This document shows positions 57,475 to 64,000 of a DNA stretch of 64,000 bases, piece after piece. The stretch comes from Bugula neritina. Its lineage: Eukaryota; Animalia; Bryozoa. The notes below the pieces were generated by a model. That model searched no databases, had not been told where the DNA came from, and saw only the letters and a program-made list of their open reading frames with translations. How positions within the stretch are numbered: position 1 is the stretch's first letter; each line of letters starts with the position of its first letter. The position numbers and the translations under genes are program-made. The stretch covers positions 11,102,480 through 11,166,479 of the forward strand of contig OZ037771.1 of the NCBI GenBank assembly GCA_964035545.1. The letters are read 5' to 3'.

Positions 57475-59400
57475 GCTGCGTCTCTCATTTGAATCGATAG
57501 TGGAACAAGAGCTGTCACAAAGAGGCGTGGAGATAGAGAGTCTCCTTGGAAAGTTCTTCCCTTAATGTCTATTTTTTCAATCTTTTTTATCCAAAGTACT
57601 CCAGCTGTGTTTTCCAAAATTTCATGCTTTTTCTCATCAACCTTATCACATTACCAGCCATTTCAGTTAGTTGCATTGTTTTTATGATTCATGAGTGTGA
57701 CATCATATCACATGCCTTAGCTGATAGTCTATCCAACACATTGCTAGGTTTGTACTTTTTCTCCTAAATCACTTATGATTGCCTTATCAAGCATGAGATA
57801 ATCTTTAACACCCCTTCACTGTCTAATACATTTATTTTATTCTTCTCCCAAGGATAGTGCTTAATCTACTATCCTTTAACTTCATCTAGTCCTGGTGATT
57901 TCCAATTGGGTATTTTGTTTAAAGTCTCTTTCACATCAGCCATGTAATACTCCAGTCATCTTGTCATTCCATCTACTCAAGTTTGTGATTGACTTTCTTT
58001 AGCCATTTTGCATTTGTGTTATGCTCAGTTGGCTGCTTTCATATTTCTGTCAGAATGATTTTGCCTCTTTCTTGTCCAGTGCACAATTCTTAGATGTCCA
58101 TTCATTAATTTGGAATTTTTCATAGAAGCGCTTTTCATTACTTGTCAACATCTTCATCTGGTTAAACTGTTCGACTTGTTTTTATATATCTCCTTATTTT
58201 CTGACTTACAGCTCTCACATTTTGCTTCTGTTCTCTAATTGCCACATCGTACCCTTTGTTCTTTATCCTACATTTTTCTTCTCAGTGGACCATTGCAAAG
58301 CCTTCCTCTGTAAGGCCTTTCTTTGCATTCTACTACTTTACTCACGTCTGGGCAAATTTCTCTGGATTTCTTCCACAATCACATTTTCCATACTGGTACA
58401 TTATCAGTCGTGCATTTCTCTTTGCTGTTATGAACTTGGTCTGTTACAATTATAGCACATGCAAACTATGATGGTGTCCTTTAGCTCGTTGATATTAATA
58501 ATCTCAACACAGTCTAGCACTTCGGTAATTTGTCTTACTACCTCTCAATGTGCCCAAAAGTGCTTTATCCTGGTCAATCAGTAGCTAGACTCATTAATAG
58601 TTTTCCCAATCAGTAATTTTTCTACCTCTAAACTAGTTAGTCTCAGAATTCTCATGGCTGGGTCATCTGCTATCTCATGCTGCACCGAAATATTTTTTAT
58701 GTGTTGATCCAGCTCTTCATCATCGTTTTCACCCACTTGTCACGTTCCTTCTTCAATATCATAAAGTTCTTCTTTTGTAAAATGCTTTTGTTTCATTATG
58801 ATCTGATAACCTCTGTTTGCTGATGTTGGACTTTTCTCTCTTTCCAAAGTTCATACATCCTTTTCTATAACCTTTCACACTGGGTCTAATTTTGAAGTAG
58901 AATTCCATGACAGCTTTGTTGTTTTTTAGCATCTTTTTGTAGTTGTGCCAGTAACAGGTTGACGATAGTAGTTAGCCTAGTTTCCTGCACAACCACTGCC
59001 AGACGAGACATGCCTAGCTTGGCTAGACATTCTATTCACATTGTTAGCTTTATTATCTTTATTGTGATTCATCATAGTGAGGCTTAGAAATTGATTTTAG
59101 GTCCATATCCTAGTAGGATTCAGCAACGTAATGAAAAGAGTTGCCTAAGGCTTTTTGCTAGAAAAATGCTGCCAAGAGTTTAAAATCGTACCCAAAACTC
59201 TGAGTCTGGGATAATGTGTTCTACCCATGCAATTACATTGAGGGATAACATTTTTAGATGTTTTCCAAATATAGGTTATTTCTATTGCTAAATCCTGATA
59301 TTTTCCTATCTTCTCCATTTTTTCTTTTATTCTGTAGTTGCCAAGGACTGCGATATTGATGATCATTGCTTCAGCATTACGCTTGTCAACTACAGTTATA
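57474..59400 (-). mobile_element. R4/Dong-like (RLE-type) non-LTR retrotransposon fragments
   Basis: N-terminus NKAVMEFYFKIRP..GYRKRMYELW, PNWKSPGLD, KACG..SHS.I and [24 protein letters not shown]-like PYITVVDK..AMIINIAV..KEK.EKIGKYQDLAIEI..IW...VIP at 59240-59400. Confidence 0.8.
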
Positions 59401-59401
59401 T

Positions 59402-59809
59402 AAGGTAGTGGTGTTGGTGGTGGTGTTGGTGTTGGTGGTGGTGGCGATGGCATTAGCAGTAGCGGTAGTGGTAGTGGTAGTAGAAGCGTCAGCGGCAGCG
59501 GTAGCAGTGGCAGTAGCAGTAGTAGTGGCAGTAGCTGTAGCGGTAGCAGTAGCAGTAGTAGTGGCAGTAGCAGTAGTAGTGGCAGTAGCAGTAGTAGTGG
59601 CAGTAGTAGTAGCCGTGGCAGTAGCAGTAGTAGTGCCAGTAGCAGTAGTAGTGGCGGTAGTAGTAGTAGCAGTAGCAGTGGCAGTAGCAGTAGTAGTGGC
59701 AGTAGCAGTAGTAGTGGCAGTAGTAGTAGCAGTGGCAGTAGCAGTAGTAGTGGCAGTAGCAGTAGTAGTGGCAGTAGCAGTAGTAGTGGCAGTAGCAGTA
59801 GCAGCAGTG
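59402..59809. repeat. Compound trinucleotide repeat (GTA/GCA/GTG)n with an 18-bp higher-order unit GTGGCAGTAGCAGTAGTA
   Basis: Read directly from the sequence. Confidence 0.93.
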
Positions 59810-60214
59810 ATATATAAATTTCGATGACCAGGTTCTTTCTTGTTTTATTGGAAAAATATATATAATAAATGTACTTTTGATTTACCAGGTTACACAATAT
59901 TGTACATTCTGCAGTTTTTGCAGCATTTTAGCAATAGCTACAATTTCTCTGCTTAACATCATAATCAAGTTCAACTTGGTAAAAAAAGCTGAAGTTGATA
60001 ATTTTACCAATATTTATTTAGTGAGTTGTGTTTTTAAAAGTATAGCAAAACAAAAACTATTTTTAAGATAAAATAGCTAGTTCAGAATTCTCTCCTCCAA
60101 CAGTTAATGGGTTCATATTGTGACGGGTGATAATGGTTACTGTATCAGCTGATAATTGTTGCTGTGTCAGCACGGGTGCTGTATGGCACGGATGCCTATG
60201 TATTGTGATTCACT

Positions 60215-60619
60215 TAATGGAGGGTGAATAGATGGAAGACACAGAAGCAAGCCACAACTCTACTTTTTGTCTATTGCCAACAGTATATTTCCTAAGATAG
60301 ACTTAGACTTGAACTTAGACTTGAACTGTAGCCTATAACGATGAAAATTGAAAACATCTTGTTAACTTAACAATAATTACACAGCTGACAAAATAGTTAG
60401 TTAATAAGATTCAAAACAAAAGATAATAATATAATACTTGATACTTACAATTATTTTGACAATTAAGTATAAATTGCCTGCATCTTTAGCAGGAGGAAAA
60501 TTGAACTAAACTGACTCATTGAACAAAATTGCCAGTAAATAGTTATCACGGAAGCTATCACAAAAAGCTTTCATTACACAATGGTTTTCTGAAAGCTACC
60601 AAAAAACTCCTGCAACACA
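60215..60619 (-). repeat. LTR-like repeat, homologous to 6979-7390
   Basis: Extended similarity to the intron-4 copy; left boundary uncertain (may extend to about 60119). Confidence 0.55.
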
Positions 60620-60622
60620 TAT

Positions 60623-60694
60623 CTATAGACAATCCTCTTTCTCATGTTCAGAAGATTGATTAGCTAAGCAACATTTACTTTGACTGAAAACTAT
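60623..60694 (-). other. Duplicated, shortened copy of the terminal exon at 63502..63645
   Basis: Acceptor ttttgcatcgtcag followed by IVFSQSKCCLANQSSEHEKEDCL*; the upstream intron sequence is also similar for about 60 nt. Confidence 0.65.
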
Positions 60695-61009
60695 CTGACG
60701 ATGCAAAATGATACAATTGCAGATTCCTATGTATAGAAAAAAGTATAAATAATAATTTAAATAAATTACAAAACTCAAAGTTGAAAATAAAATGCAATAA
60801 CAAACACATCCATTTGCAATTAACTTTTTAGTTTCTTTCAAATCCAAAAAGCCTTAACTGTAGCTAAGAATCTGAAGTATAAAATTTACCTTTATTGAAA
60901 ACTTTTCATGATTTTCTGTTTGCCTATAAAATGTTGGAGCAACTGTACTTGTGTTGACAAGTTTGACAGGCAATGGTGAGGAGAGTGCTGATGGTGCAGT
61001 GTAGCGCAA

Positions 61010-61900
61010 TTCCTGGGCGTTTATGGGTTGCGTTGCAGGACAAACTGCAAAGAAATATCTAAGTTAGTAGTTGTAGTAGGAGCACATGAGAAGGTACAGC
61101 TTGCCAACCGCCTGAACCGGTTTGATATGTGCGGAGAGCTCTTGGTACAGTGCATCAAATCTTTTACAACACCGGTGAATTTCTCTGGCAAAGTTTTATT
61201 CTGTGCAGGAAAGAGATGTGGGACATGCACTGAAAAATGTGACAGATACCTCATGAAAACCCTTCAAGAATGACAAGTGACCAGTCCCGGAACACGTGAC
61301 AGACTTTTACAATGGTGCCTCTAATAGCTGTTCGAGAAACACCTGGTGACAGCTTAGTTACTCAGTACTACAAAAGCATGTTCAGCAATATTAACAAAGA
61401 CATGGGCCTGACCAAAGTCATCAGTCAACCCTTTACCTGAAATGGTCCTAATTGCAAAACCCACTAGGTTGTGGAAAATTAGAAAAAAGTGAGCTGTCAG
61501 GTGCAAGACCTTTTGGATCTGGACCTGATTGAGTCGACTCACTGCACCTGGAATTATCCAGTTGCCCTGATCTAAAAACAGGCTGGCAGCTGGAGGTTTT
61601 ACTTTGACTACGCAAAATGAATAGTGTGACTATCTAGCATGGTTACCCCCTCTCTCAGATAAATTATTCTCTACACACCTTCTCTAGAAAAAAGCCATTA
61701 GCATGTTGGGCATGCTGAGTTAGTACTTGCAAGTACCTTTCACTCCTGATACCCAAGAAGTAGAAGGCACTGCTGACATCCGCCCTGCTACCTTCCAATG
61801 ACTCATAATGCAGGTCTTCAATGCTCTACACTGGAAGACACTGCTCATCTGTCTTGATGATACCATCATAAATTCCCCCCCCCCCGACTTCTCAACTTCT
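61010..61900 (+). mobile_element. Highly decayed Gypsy pol fragment
   Basis: QLANRLNR...ELLVQCIKSF resembles the post-protease region of the 48081 element; RT remnants GSWRF..DY and LHWKTLLICLDD. Confidence 0.8.
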
Positions 61901-63501
61901 CGACACTGAGAACATAGATGATATTGTTAGACAAAGTTTATACTTGCCATGCAGAATCTTGCCATAAATAAAAGTAGAGGTCGAAGTGCTTTCACGGAGG
62001 ATGAAAGGGCAACAATTATTGGCTTGGCTCACAACAGAGGTGATTGACTATACTCTACCAGCATTTTAATAGAAATATCTCTGAACAAACCCATTTCTAT
62101 GAAGATATAAGGTGTGTTAACCTACTCTGCATTATTTATCATTGTAGAAGTAGTGGCTGCTTATAGTTATTTAGTTACAATCATTATTTAGCAGTTTTCT
62201 CATAATTTATTTATGGTACATTTTCCTACAATTACACTCTAAGACTCTCAAAATTATTTGTATAGCAATTATTATTTATGTAAATTTTGATAGCTACTGT
62301 ATATATCTACTTTTCTTCAAACTTTAGTTTGCTGATTTTTAAAATATTAGACCTAATTCTAACTTAATATACATTAATAAAGCTCTGTCTTTGTTTCAAT
62401 TTGAGCCACAGAGAACTTTCCTCATTTGAATCTAATTGTTGTAATTACTAAAAGCTGCAGATACGAGCAAGATTCAATTATAGATAGCAAGTTTCTTTTC
62501 ATGGAGCTATATAAATGTGCATGCTGAGTATGGTTTTCTTGTTTGATTCTTTAAAGTTAAGGCAAAAACTTTGCTGGTTCAAGTAGTTGTATAAACGGAT
62601 TCTTAGTTTTTAGTATAAAATGTATATAGAGCTTTCACTGCATGCATGCAATATTATTATAATGTTTTAGATATTGGTAATGTCTGCATTTACCTAAAAA
62701 GACCTTTTGTACCTAAAGCTTCAACTTCCAATGAATCAAACTTTTTCAGAATAGTTTTGCTATCAAAACTACACTTACAACGAGACAAAAGACTGCTCTA
62801 GCTTGGCTCCACGGTTGATTATCCTGAACTATTCTTACTTATTTGTATCATACATTCTACATAATATAACATTTTCCAAAGATAAATGCTGCAAGGGTAT
62901 TCTACCATTATTATATAATGTTTAGATTATGCAAGCCACATAGTTGGAGAAAAATTAAATACTATTTGACTACATAAAGTTGTGCTTAAGTAACTTTGAA
63001 TGTAACACCTTAATTGCAACTGTGTATAAAACCAAACTGTATGTAGACATTCTGAGAACACTTTATATAAGCATTGCTATCTTTTCAACTATCTATTTGT
63101 ATCTACAGTGAGCAGTAAAATGTAATCACTGTTACCATGGGTATAGTAATGACAGATAATAATATATCAAAGAATGGCTGAATAGTAACAAAATTTTCAC
63201 AAATGAAACAACTTACATATACTACTATATAATAATAAATTGTTGTCTAGTAATTACATTAATTTATTATAAAAGTGTACTAAGTCTATTTTTCATAAAA
63301 CTTCAAAGTTTTTCATATTTCATTCAAAATAATGAATTTTTTGTTCTTAGATGTTCTAGATCGTACATAATAGTGCGCTGTCAGCTTTAATAATTATCTA
63401 AAATCATTTGCATTTTAGTTGCCATTACAAATTTTAATCTTTTAAAAAGTTGAGGTGAGATAATATTAACAATACTATTATTGTGAGTATTCTTATGAAA
63501 A

Positions 63502-63898
63502 CTATAGATGTACAGAATCTCTTTTTAGGACAGCTGGTTTGGAATTATCTTCTCCTACAGTTAATGAGTTCATCTCTATACCATCCTCTTTCTCATGTTC
63601 GGAAGATTGATTAGCTAGACAACATTTCCTTTGACTGGAAACTACCTGAAGATGCAAAACAATACAATTAAAGAGCTTTAGGTATAGAATAAAATATAAA
63701 ATACTTTCAATAAATTATGAGTTTATGTTAATGCACACTTTTCTTATCATTCACATTAGTTTTGTGATCAGTCACTTATTTATTCAAATAACATACTGTA
63801 CCTTGTATTTGGCTATGAGGAATGAGACTGAAACACATATTAGTTCCATTGAAAAGCTAGAAACAATGCTAGTAGTAGCCAGAATGGCTCCAGATATT
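63502..63898 (-). CDS. Last two coding exons (63898-63802, 63645-63502) of an unidentified membrane-protein gene extending beyond the window
   Basis: tttttacag | ISGAILATTSIVSSFSMELICVSVSFLIAKYK | gtacag, then ttttgcatcttcag | VVSSQRKCCLANQSSEHEKEDGIEMNSLTVGEDNSKPAVLKRDSVHL*. The junction is phase 0. The product is a hydrophobic helix, basic residues, a CC pair and a hydrophilic tail. Confidence 0.65.
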
Positions 63899-64000
63899 CT
63901 GTAAAAATATTATAAACTTCTAAAAATGTCACTGTGGATGCTTCAGTTTTTGCAACAATACAAATTAGCAAAAAGCTATATACAAAACAAAGCAATTAGA

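Noticed and set aside
59145-59897. Leu/Pro-rich and Val/Ala-rich ORFs as membrane proteins
   Set aside because: They are translations of a trinucleotide array fused to a LINE RLE fragment.
62690-62825. Additional minus-strand exon of the membrane-protein gene
   Set aside because: Splice-like signals are present, but the frames I checked hit stops and there is no homology or phase support.

Overview
AT-rich animal (invertebrate-like) genomic DNA with spliceosomal introns and dense, nested transposable elements; nothing here is prokaryotic. The main host gene is a SAMHD1-like dNTP triphosphohydrolase on the + strand. I reconstructed it by hand as 12 coding exons (928..39417; 1719 nt, 572 aa), all with GT-AG introns and consistent phases. 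It keeps the HD catalytic core but has a degenerate SAM domain, a ~19-aa insertion, changed allosteric-site-2 residues and no C-terminal CDK tail. Its introns hold decayed Gypsy elements, Penelope-like elements (two with hammerhead ribozyme motifs in the sense orientation of the pre-mRNA), Sola2-like, CACTA-like and Academ-like DNA transposons, and a TIR element with a built-in tRNA-like head. Downstream lie microsatellite and minisatellite arrays, a BEL/Pao element, an RTE LINE split by a full-length Gypsy (LTRs, CTAT TSD, tRNA-Leu PBS) carrying an extra zinc-finger/coiled-coil ORF, and R4/Dong-like LINE pieces. The window ends with the last two exons of a minus-strand membrane-protein gene whose terminal exon is duplicated. 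Homology calls and human SAMHD1 residue numbers come from recalled motifs, not database searches.
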